IMG/VR virus record: IMGVR_UViG_3300030376_006438
Span: 1 to 49,979 of that record
Source: a virus
Taxonomy: Duplodnaviria; Caudoviricetes
DNA length: 49,979 bases
Reading direction: 5' to 3' (one strand)
Numbering within the stretch: position 1 is the stretch's first letter; every line of letters starts with the position of its first letter. The notes under the pieces are model-generated. The model searched no databases and was not told the origin of the DNA. It saw nothing but the letters and a program-made list of their open reading frames with translations. This document shows positions 30,066 to 36,659 of this stretch, piece after piece. A program made the translations under genes and the position numbers.

Positions 30066-30130
30066 TTCTAATTCCTTTCATGAAATAAGTTATTTATTTA
30101 TATAATATATTAATTAATTTTAAAATAGAT

Positions 30131-30158
30131 TAAATGGGGGACTTTTGCCCCCCATTAA
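30131..30158 (-). terminator. intrinsic terminator ending early operon
   Basis: AATGGGGG/CCCCCATT stem just past the stop of 30163..30357. Confidence 0.6.
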
Positions 30159-30162
30159 AGAA

Positions 30163-30357
30163 CTAAATTACATCTAATAATTTATTAATATTAGTTAGTT
30201 CCGTACGAAGTTTTGTGATCTCGTGATCAAACTTCTCGTTAAGTATATCAATTTTAGATACATTTCTCACTTTTATATATTTCTCCAAAAGAGAAATTAT
30301 TTTAATTTTTCTTTTTCCGTGAAGATATCTCCATTGATTTTCTGCCTCACAATTCAT
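30163..30357 (-). CDS. hypothetical protein
   Basis: ORF with AAGGAGG SD. Confidence 0.6.
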   Translation of the reverse strand: MNCEAENQWRYLHGKRKIKIISLLEKYIKVRNVSKIDILNEKFDHEITKLRTELTNINKLLDVI

Positions 30358-30359
30358 GG

Positions 30360-30647
30360 TTAATTTACCTCCTTACCAACAGGTGAATCGTCATTATGAA
30401 ACCAAGTGATGTTTTTTTTAGCATCATCAATAAGTTTATTCTCACGAGCTTTTTTTAACTCACGAGCACTACTGACATATTTGACATCTACCCTAGGTAT
30501 CTTTGTTGAATACAAATAATGACCGTGGTCATAAACGTTGACCTCTTCCTTATTGGTCTGAACAATATGAATGTCATAAGGTGCATCTATATAAGTTATG
30601 TTTATAGTCTTGCTAAAACCGTAATCATCTTCTGTTGCTTTTGTCAT
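30360..30647 (-). CDS. hypothetical protein
   Basis: ORF, coupled to upstream gene. Confidence 0.65.
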   Translation of the reverse strand: MTKATEDDYGFSKTINITYIDAPYDIHIVQTNKEEVNVYDHGHYLYSTKIPRVDVKYVSSARELKKARENKLIDDAKKNITWFHNDDSPVGKEVN

Positions 30648-30859
30648 TTTTTCTCCGTTTCTAGTGCTAACTTTTGCACCTCTTCTAGTCTTCTTTCTTT
30701 TTCTTTTAAAGGTAAGCTATCCCAATCATTCGGAAAACTTATTCCTTTGACTGTCTCAAAAAATCTTTTTTGATATTTTACTTTACCCTCTTTGTCGTTT
30801 GCTGACATAATACCAAACATAGCTGATACCATGCCAACCGTTTTTAATTGATCGTCCAT
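30644..30859 (-). CDS. hypothetical protein
   Basis: ORF with AAGGAG SD. Confidence 0.7.
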   Translation of the reverse strand: MDDQLKTVGMVSAMFGIMSANDKEGKVKYQKRFFETVKGISFPNDWDSLPLKEKERRLEEVQKLALETEKK

Positions 30860-31035
30860 TATTCTTTCTCCTTTTTTATTCTAGTGACGTTTACGACTGC
30901 GTGAGTTTTTTTATCTAAAATCTCCACATGTAATTTTTCGTCCTCTTTTATTTTCGCAGTTTCTTCTTTAATACCTATATTAATGGCATTAACGATGTTC
31001 TGCATTGCGTCTTTCCATGAGTATTCATCTTTCAT
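30859..31035 (-). CDS. hypothetical protein (58 aa, MKDEYSWKDAMQ...)
   Basis: Read by hand; TAATG overlaps at both ends, AAGGAG SD. Confidence 0.7.
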   Translation of the reverse strand: MKDEYSWKDAMQNIVNAINIGIKEETAKIKEDEKLHVEILDKKTHAVVNVTRIKKEKE

Positions 31036-31352
31036 TATTCTTTCTCCTTTTTTATTTCTGACTCTAAAAAGTTTTTTATCTCTAAAGTCCTGTTGTTTTG
31101 GTTAAAAATTCTTTGCATAAATCTTGGGTTTGTGTGCATAAAATTTTCAACTTTGTCTTTGCTCCAAACGAGGGGAGTCGATAAGTAATCGAAAAGTTTA
31201 TTTTTATCTTTCTTATAAACGTTGCGATGTTCTCCTGTGTAAAGAGCAATAGCTTCGTAGCTTCTTTCTTTGTGTTTTACAAAGATCAGTTTGTCAGCTA
31301 TTGGGAGACCTTGAGGGTCTCCTAAATAGCCACGGTGTATCGTCCAAGTCAT
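31035..31352 (-). CDS. hypothetical protein
   Basis: ORF with GAGG SD. Confidence 0.7.
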   Translation of the reverse strand: MTWTIHRGYLGDPQGLPIADKLIFVKHKERSYEAIALYTGEHRNVYKKDKNKLFDYLSTPLVWSKDKVENFMHTNPRFMQRIFNQNNRTLEIKNFLESEIKKEKE

Positions 31353-31366
31353 TAAGTCCTCTCTCT

Positions 31367-31540
31367 CTAGCCTTTGACCGTTAATCGTGAATTAGCTTTA
31401 AGTCTTCTTAAATAAAGCTTATTGTTGATGTTCCATTCTTTTTTATCAAGAATAGTTTTAACTTCTTTCAAACTAATATTGTGATAGTCAATAACGTTTT
31501 CTATCCAACCATTTGAAAGTGCTTTCTTTTTTGCTTCCAT
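31367..31540 (-). CDS. hypothetical protein
   Basis: Start moved to ATG 31540 after GGGAG SD. Confidence 0.6.
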   Translation of the reverse strand: MEAKKKALSNGWIENVIDYHNISLKEVKTILDKKEWNINNKLYLRRLKANSRLTVKG

Positions 31541-31541
31541 T

Positions 31542-31775
31542 TTATTCTCTCCCTTCTTTTCTATCATCTAAATAATGACGATAAAATTTTTTATCAAGAC
31601 CGTCTATTTTTACTTTAATAGTTGCCTTACCACTATACTTCGAGTGAGTAAAATCTAATAATAAATAACCATTAGTTTCTCTCATCACTTCAAGTGTTAC
31701 CTGTGGATTATTAGTTCTATAATTTATTTTTTTACCTTGAACTAATCTTCTTTTAGCTTGAACATCAGTTGCCAT
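31542..31775 (-). CDS. hypothetical protein
   Basis: Start moved to ATG 31775 (MATDVQ). Confidence 0.6.
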   Translation of the reverse strand: MATDVQAKRRLVQGKKINYRTNNPQVTLEVMRETNGYLLLDFTHSKYSGKATIKVKIDGLDKKFYRHYLDDRKEGRE

Positions 31776-32130
31776 TCTCAGCCACCAATCTATAATTATC
31801 GGAAAAGAGATCAACTAACTCTAAATTTTCTCTCAATGACTTTCCTCTTTTTTTGATAACTACTTTTGCATATTTAGTAGCACAACTTTTACCACAAAAT
31901 GGAGCGTCATAATTAATATAACTTTCTCCGTCCCACAAAAGTAAAGTCTTATTCGCTAAGTTTGATGTTTCTTTGACAACAATCATATTACCTTGATAAG
32001 TTTCGTCTAACTTTAAATAAACAGTTTTTGTTTGTTTTGGAAATTTCTTGTGACAAACATAACAACGGTTTTTTTCTTTTTGTTCCTCATGAATTTGACG
32101 AACAGTTCTTTTAATTTTATTTTTTCTCAT
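31765..32130 (-). CDS. hypothetical Zn-finger-like protein
   Basis: CYVC...FCGKSC; GAGG SD. Confidence 0.7.
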   Translation of the reverse strand: MRKNKIKRTVRQIHEEQKEKNRCYVCHKKFPKQTKTVYLKLDETYQGNMIVVKETSNLANKTLLLWDGESYINYDAPFCGKSCATKYAKVVIKKRGKSLRENLELVDLFSDNYRLVAENGN

Positions 32131-32201
32131 TTTTTCCTCTCTTTTTATTTTCTTTTCTGTCCCATGTGATCGGTAAAAATGTTAACCAACCGACCAACAT
32201 C

Positions 32202-32229
32202 ATTATAATTATATATATTATAATCTCAA
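32202..32229 (-). promoter_or_regulatory. sigma70-like promoter
   Basis: TTGAGA-16 bp-TATAAT on minus strand. Confidence 0.55.
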
Positions 32230-32239
32230 ACATTTTATT

Positions 32240-32557
32240 TTATATCTCCTTTTCTTCTAGTTTATTTTTAAAAACAAGTAATTGTTTTTTAAGTGTTGGT
32301 GTTATTTTGATACCGTCTACGTCATAAGTTTTGTTCTCAAAAGTAATGTGATTAATTAAAAAAGAAATAAACTCGTCTCCGAATTCATATCTTTCTCTTT
32401 CATCATTCCAATACTCCCAAATTTCTTTGAAAGTATAGCCACACCAATTATCAAAAGATTTGAGTAAATACTCAATCTCATCGAATAGTTTGTCCTCATC
32501 GTATGCTTTCTTAAAAAGATAATCCCATACGAGTTCGTGTATGTCTTCTCTAGTCAT
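32240..32557 (-). CDS. hypothetical protein
   Basis: ORF with AAGGAG SD. Confidence 0.7.
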   Translation of the reverse strand: MTREDIHELVWDYLFKKAYDEDKLFDEIEYLLKSFDNWCGYTFKEIWEYWNDERERYEFGDEFISFLINHITFENKTYDVDGIKITPTLKKQLLVFKNKLEEKEI

Positions 32558-32582
32558 TGTTTGCTCTCCTTTTATTTTAATG

Positions 32583-32604
32583 AAAAGTAGCCCCTAAGGG
32601 CTAC
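32583..32604 (-). terminator. intrinsic terminator overlapping mini-ORF stop
   Basis: GTAGCCC-TTAG-GGGCTAC-TTTT. Confidence 0.7.
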
Positions 32605-32630
32605 CATGGGTCAAGTACTATAACTAACAT
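32601..32630 (-). CDS. 9-aa mini-ORF MLVIVLDPW (putative leader peptide)
   Basis: Perfect AAAGGAGG SD at 32638-32645, 7-nt spacer, ATG TTA GTT ATA GTA CTT GAC CCA TGG TAG. Confidence 0.55.
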   Translation of the reverse strand: MLVIVLDPW

Positions 32631-32648
32631 TATAGAACCTCCTTTATT

Positions 32649-32874
32649 GAAACGAAGAAAGACCTATAAACGCTTGTGGGATTTGAACTTATTACCCACA
32701 ACTTTCGGTAGAACAGATAGTTTCTCATCTACTCGCACTTACTTCTTAGGCCCTCAGCCATTTGGCCATGCTTCCTAAGATCAATACCTTACGACTCTGT
32801 TTTAAAATCGTTATTCAGTCAGAGCGTCCACAAACAAATTGCAATTTGTTTGATTCTAGGTCTTTCTTTATTTC
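32649..32874 (-). ncRNA. multibranch structured RNA, manA-like
   Basis: 12-bp perfect closing stem AAGAAAGACCTA/TAGGTCTTTCTT, five internal hairpins, GACUGAA, UAAGG and UUGUGGGU...AAUCCCACAA elements; G-U pairs favour minus strand. Confidence 0.75.
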
Positions 32875-32882
32875 TTATACTT

Positions 32883-32912
32883 ACTATATCGAGACATTGT
32901 AAAAAAATTCAA
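32883..32912 (-). promoter_or_regulatory. sigma70-like promoter for the structured RNA
   Basis: TTGAAT-18 bp-TATAGT; predicted +1 near 32876, at the base of the closing stem. Confidence 0.5.
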
Positions 32913-33108
32913 GTTTTTTTATCTCTTACTATATGTATGTGTGTTTTTATTTTTTTTTCAACCAACTATTTTAAAAAGTTTTGGTCAGTGGGTTTGTGAA
33001 GATTGATAACAAAAGTTATGATGATGATACTTTGAGTTACTCATTTAACCCAACACCCTTAAAACTTAAGAAATCATTTTAGTTCACTTTAGACAACCCA
33101 CGTGCCTA

Positions 33109-33173
33109 CAATATGCAAAAAGCATCAATTACACATTGTCCAAGACCCCACATCGGAGTCTTAGAAAATGTAT
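33109..33173 (-). repeat. intergenic processing-type hairpin, copy F
   Basis: TACATT-T-TCTAAGACTCC-loop-GGGGTCTTGGA-C-AATGTG plus alternative stem CAATGTGTAA/TTGCATATTG. Confidence 0.6.
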
Positions 33174-33174
33174 A

Positions 33175-33462
33175 TTATTTTTCATATTCTCTCTTGATGT
33201 CATAAAGAGCATCGTCTTTTGCTCTTTGTTTCTCTTGAGTGATTTGCTCAATTAAGTGAGGGAGCGCTTGTTCGTGCTCCACTGCTTCGTCCCAAAGATC
33301 ACAAAAACGTTTGAGATAATCCTCTTGTTCTTTTGTTAAAGAGTTCGTATAAAGATTATTATATAAAACGTCATCTGCTGACCCTTTTTCTACGTTTTTG
33401 TTTTCTTCTTTACTTAGCCAACGAGTGTAAACCTCGGTTAGCTTGGTTATATGATCTGCCAT
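33175..33462 (-). CDS. hypothetical protein
   Basis: ORF with AAAGGA SD. Confidence 0.7.
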   Translation of the reverse strand: MADHITKLTEVYTRWLSKEENKNVEKGSADDVLYNNLYTNSLTKEQEDYLKRFCDLWDEAVEHEQALPHLIEQITQEKQRAKDDALYDIKREYEK

Positions 33463-33477
33463 TATATTTTCCTTTCT

Positions 33478-33792
33478 TTAAGCAACAATATAAATATTGT
33501 CTATTGTGTTATCATCTAAGACATGAATTTCTATTTCACAATCTTTTACTTTTAAAAATTCGTCCTTAGTTAATTTTTTATTAATGTTTGATCTATAAGA
33601 AAATATCTTTTTAACTTCGAGCTTACTTCCGTAATCTCTAGGTAATAATTTTATAGATTTATTTAAAACCATAACTTCATTATAGCTTTTTTGTGAGTAT
33701 TTTAATTTTTCAACCCAATGATGACACTTTGATATTAATTCATTGTGCCATGCTTCAAGGCTAAAATGATTTATTGGTGTATGACTAGCCAT
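33478..33792 (-). CDS. hypothetical protein
   Basis: ORF, TAATG coupled. Confidence 0.65.
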   Translation of the reverse strand: MASHTPINHFSLEAWHNELISKCHHWVEKLKYSQKSYNEVMVLNKSIKLLPRDYGSKLEVKKIFSYRSNINKKLTKDEFLKVKDCEIEIHVLDDNTIDNIYIVA

Positions 33793-34016
33793 TATAGTTT
33801 CCTTTCTTCTTCGACAATGTGTTGTTTAAATGTTTGAAGATAGTCGTTTAAATTAGAATGACTGTAATCTTCTTTTTTAATATCGTAATACTGAATAAAC
33901 CAATGCAAATCGTCCTCTGCTGTTATCCTGTATCTTGTTGGAATAGAAGATGACTCATCGTCAAATAATTCTTTAACGTTGATGTCATACCCTATAAAGT
34001 TTGTAGTGTAATTCAT
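33792..34016 (-). CDS. hypothetical protein
   Basis: True start ATG 34016 after AAAGGAG; the poly-Arg extension in the track is an off-frame reading of the (GAA)n repeat. Confidence 0.7.
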   Translation of the reverse strand: MNYTTNFIGYDINVKELFDDESSSIPTRYRITAEDDLHWFIQYYDIKKEDYSHSNLNDYLQTFKQHIVEEERKL

Positions 34017-34038
34017 TGTTTGCTCTCCTTTGTGTTGT

Positions 34039-34060
34039 AGGGGAGTCATAAAACTCCCCT
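34039..34060. terminator. GC-rich hairpin (terminator or stabiliser)
   Basis: AGGGGAGT-CATAAA-ACTCCCCT; T-run only on plus strand. Confidence 0.45.
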
Positions 34061-34075
34061 TTTGAATTAACTTAT

Positions 34076-34279
34076 TTATTCTTCTTCTTCTTCTTCTTCT
34101 TCTTCTTCTATGCAATCCGCCGTTCTATATGCATCATCTTCAAGTAATAGTTCCCCCTCAATATCTATTCCACCTTTTTCTAGTAATATTTCCCTCGCTT
34201 CTTCTTCTGTGTTCGCTTCAATCTCATAGTAGTACGCACAGGGTACAGTAAATTGATATGTTTTTTTTGTATCAGTCAT
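34076..34279 (-). CDS. very acidic small protein with poly-Glu tail
   Basis: 25 D/E vs 5 K/R in 67 aa; (GAA)10 at 34079-34108. Confidence 0.7.
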   Translation of the reverse strand: MTDTKKTYQFTVPCAYYYEIEANTEEEAREILLEKGGIDIEGELLLEDDAYRTADCIEEEEEEEEEE

Positions 34280-34476
34280 TAGTCCTCCAATCTTTCTATT
34301 GACTCGATCTTTCCGTCTTTGTTTTGAGTCACTAAGTGTTCAACGCCATTAACGTCTTTTTGTAGATACACGTTATGATCGTTTCCATTACTGACATAAT
34401 CATGACCCTCTCTTAATAGTTTAACGAATGCCCAAGTTTCTTTGGTCAAAGGGTTTTTACTTGATATTGTTCTCAT
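34279..34476 (-). CDS. hypothetical protein
   Basis: ORF with AGGAGG SD. Confidence 0.7.
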   Translation of the reverse strand: MRTISSKNPLTKETWAFVKLLREGHDYVSNGNDHNVYLQKDVNGVEHLVTQNKDGKIESIERLED

Positions 34477-34515
34477 TTTATAAGCCTCCTGTTGATATTA
34501 AGTAAACAATCCAAA

Positions 34516-34564
34516 TTGCTTTGAATGCAAGTAGACCGATAATAACTCGGTCTACTATAATTTC
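34516..34564 (-). repeat. intergenic processing-type hairpin, copy E (divergent)
   Basis: AGTAGACCGA/TCGGTCTACT 10-bp stem flanked by U-U mismatch, weak lower stem. Confidence 0.5.
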
Positions 34565-34577
34565 TGATTTCGGTTTT

Positions 34578-34844
34578 TTATAAAAATCCGAGTTCATTAT
34601 AATGCTTTCTTGTTTCATTTAAAAGTTTCTCAAACTGATCATGTGGAATTCTTGATTTTCTATCTCCACCGTCAATTTGAGTTAAGTGTTTACCTGTGGT
34701 TGTAGACCAAACGTTTTCGCTTACATAAAGCTTTCCGTCATGTGATCTAAAAGCCACAGGGGTTGCATAAGAATAATAGGTATCAATTAACCCATATTCT
34801 ACTCTTAGTGATTTAGTCGTATTTAAATAGTTTGTAGCTATCAT
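34578..34844 (-). CDS. conserved hypothetical early protein
   Basis: SYATPVA, WSTTTGKH; start ATG 34844 after AAAAGGAG. Confidence 0.75.
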   Translation of the reverse strand: MIATNYLNTTKSLRVEYGLIDTYYSYATPVAFRSHDGKLYVSENVWSTTTGKHLTQIDGGDRKSRIPHDQFEKLLNETRKHYNELGFL

Positions 34845-34870
34845 TTTTGTCTCCTTTTGTTTGTTGTTAT

Positions 34871-34924
34871 TGAATATCCGTAAATATTCATGATTACCCA
34901 ATAGCGAGTAATCAAAAATATTTA
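34871..34924 (-). repeat. intergenic processing-type hairpin, copy D
   Basis: TAAATATTT-T-TGATTACTC-GCTATT-GGGTAATCA-T-GAATATTTA then CGGATATTCA. Confidence 0.8.
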
Positions 34925-35386
34925 TTAGAATGAGGGGTCCCAATATTCGGACCGTTGACCGAGGCCAACATGAGTTCCCTCTTTCCTAAAACGATTAGTC
35001 TTAGGATTAAAGGACCTAGGCTCTAAGATAAAGCCTAGCTGACCGTCTTCGGTTTCGATATCGATAACCTCGGAGATAAACTTCCTACCCTTAGGGTTGG
35101 GAGTAAATTCATAAGTCTGACTTTCTGAAAAGCCATTCTTATCGGTACGCTTTGCGTGGTCCTGTTGAACCACCACATAGCGTTTTTTATTACGGTTGAT
35201 GATTTCAACAACCGTACAGGCATGGCGATCTGACCAAAAATAGGCTGTCGCACCGTTGCCAATGGTTAAGGCATCGTGTGGATACCATGTTTGGGAAGCA
35301 ATCCAATTGTTAACGCTTCCAAACTGTGTGCCTAGTTTATTTGGCAACAGTTTTTGTTTTTTATCGATTATTCTAATGTTTGTCAT
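34925..35386 (-). CDS. conserved hypothetical early protein
   Basis: GATAYFWSDRHACTV, GQRSEYWDPSF. Confidence 0.8.
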   Translation of the reverse strand: MTNIRIIDKKQKLLPNKLGTQFGSVNNWIASQTWYPHDALTIGNGATAYFWSDRHACTVVEIINRNKKRYVVVQQDHAKRTDKNGFSESQTYEFTPNPKGRKFISEVIDIETEDGQLGFILEPRSFNPKTNRFRKEGTHVGLGQRSEYWDPSF

Positions 35387-35408
35387 TTTTTTGCTCTCTT
35401 TCTGTATT

Positions 35409-35460
35409 TGAATATATAAATATTCATGATTACTCAGAGCGAGTAATCAAAAGTATTTAT
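35409..35460 (-). repeat. intergenic processing-type hairpin, copy C
   Basis: ATAAATACTT-T-TGATTACTC-GCTCT-GAGTAATCA-T-GAATATTTAT then ATATTCA. Confidence 0.8.
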
Positions 35461-35663
35461 AGTTTTGCTTCAAGCTTTTTCCACTCAGCTTTTTGCTCAT
35501 CATTTAAATGGTTATTAACTTCATCTAACATTTCTAAAAGAGATTTTTTAGAAATCTCTTTAGCATATTCTTGAAACCAAACAGCTAAAAGATAACCTGT
35601 ATCATCTGATACCATAGCTTTTCTGTAAGTCTTATAGGCTAAGTCTTCGTTATTGTTTGTCAT
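35457..35663 (-). CDS. hypothetical protein
   Basis: Start moved to ATG 35663 after GAGAG. Confidence 0.7.
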   Translation of the reverse strand: MTNNNEDLAYKTYRKAMVSDDTGYLLAVWFQEYAKEISKKSLLEMLDEVNNHLNDEQKAEWKKLEAKL

Positions 35664-35678
35664 TTTTTGCTCTCTTTC

Positions 35679-35731
35679 TGAATATTTGTAAATATTCAAG
35701 ATAACCCAAAACGAGTTATCTAAAATATTTA
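35679..35731 (-). repeat. intergenic processing-type hairpin, copy B
   Basis: TAAATATTT-T-AGATAACTC-GTTTT-GGGTTATCT-T-GAATATTTA then CAAATATTCA. Confidence 0.8.
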
Positions 35732-36253
35732 TGCTGACTGTTCAGCTTGTTTTTTAGAAATAAGATAAAGTCTGTCGATAAGTCTATTCTTCCACTTACT
35801 GAGTAATTTACCTTCTAAGTTAAACGCCTCGATTTCCCAAGGTCGTTGTCTGTAAGGAATGCGTCTCTTTGGGCCTAGTTCTTTACCCTCCCAACGTGTG
35901 TGGAGTTCGCCATCAGATTTCCACCAACGTTGTTGATATTGCTTTGTTGCAATTTGTTTAACGTGAACTAATTCGTGAGCCAAAGTTTCAAAAATATCAG
36001 ACTCACTATGAATAATAATTTTATGATCTTTATCAGGGTCAGAACCTTTTGCGTTGGCTAAGTGAACACCTTCACAATTTTGACCCCACTTCTTTTTGAC
36101 TGTGGTCCTTCTTACGTGGATTTTGATCTTCAAAGTGTTCTGAAGTCTTTTAGATACTAACTCACCAAGAAAAAGTTTAGTGGCCTCTGTGAGGTCATTA
36201 ACCAATTCTTGATCTCTCTCATTTCTTGGTAGAGATATTTCTAGTTTTTTCAT
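35729..36253 (-). CDS. zincin-like metallopeptidase
   Basis: TLAHELVHVKQ (HExxH), PWEIEA; start ATG 36253 after AAAAGGAG. Confidence 0.85.
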   Translation of the reverse strand: MKKLEISLPRNERDQELVNDLTEATKLFLGELVSKRLQNTLKIKIHVRRTTVKKKWGQNCEGVHLANAKGSDPDKDHKIIIHSESDIFETLAHELVHVKQIATKQYQQRWWKSDGELHTRWEGKELGPKRRIPYRQRPWEIEAFNLEGKLLSKWKNRLIDRLYLISKKQAEQSA

Positions 36254-36268
36254 CGTTTGCTCCTTTTC

Positions 36269-36324
36269 TGAATGCTTATGCATTCATAATAAGGCCAACT
36301 AAGTGACCTTATTAAAAATACATA
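36269..36324 (-). repeat. intergenic processing-type hairpin, copy A
   Basis: TATGTATTT-T-TAATAAGGTC-ACTTAGTT-GGCCTTATTA-T-GAATGCATA then AGCATTCA. Confidence 0.8.
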
Positions 36325-36329
36325 AAGAT

Positions 36330-36650
36330 TATTGTTTGACTGTTTCCTTATCGGTGTCACCGATTGAACTCATTGTTCGCAGACTACCTCTTACTTGTTG
36401 AGTTATCTGTGCACTGAGGGGCAAATATATAGGGCCCAACCTCAGCAACCCACAAGGACCTCAAGAAGAGGCTACCCCCAAATTTAATTGGTTAAGTGTT
36501 TTAGCACCTTAGATCTGATCGACTCCGAATTCTTGGGTCCGACTAGAATATCGTGGGCATTAGACCTACCCTCAAATGAGGCGCTTGGCTTATTGTCTTC
36601 TAGTGCAGTTTCTAAAGTATGGTTTGTCATTGTGTGTACCTTACACTAAT
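36330..36650 (-). ncRNA. candidate structured RNA/leader (may include a 48-aa ORF at 36484..36630)
   Basis: GC-enriched island with dense hairpins including a ~100-nt irregular rod (CCTCTT/AAGAGG, TTGAG/CTCAA, TGTG/CACA, CTGAGG/CCTCAG, GGGC/GCCC). Confidence 0.5.
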
Positions 36651-36659
36651 TTAAGATAT

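Noticed and set aside
32674-32702. tRNA gene suggested by GTTCAAATCCC on the minus strand
   Set aside because: No cloverleaf, acceptor stem or anticodon arm; it is one hairpin of the larger structured RNA
34017-34115. Poly-Arg N-terminus (MHRRRRRRRRRR) of ORF 33792..34115
   Set aside because: Off-frame reading of the (GAA)n poly-Glu repeat; the SD-supported start is 34016
34871-36324. CRISPR array or integron attC cassette array interpretation of the repeated palindromes
   Set aside because: Spacers are whole genes, repeats conserve structure rather than sequence, G-U pairs indicate RNA, there are no RYYYAAC/GTTRRRY ends, and no cas or integrase gene is in the window
36330-36650. tmRNA or RNase P RNA
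   Set aside because: No tRNA-like ends, no tag peptide ending in ALAA/AA, no RNase P P4 consensus recognised
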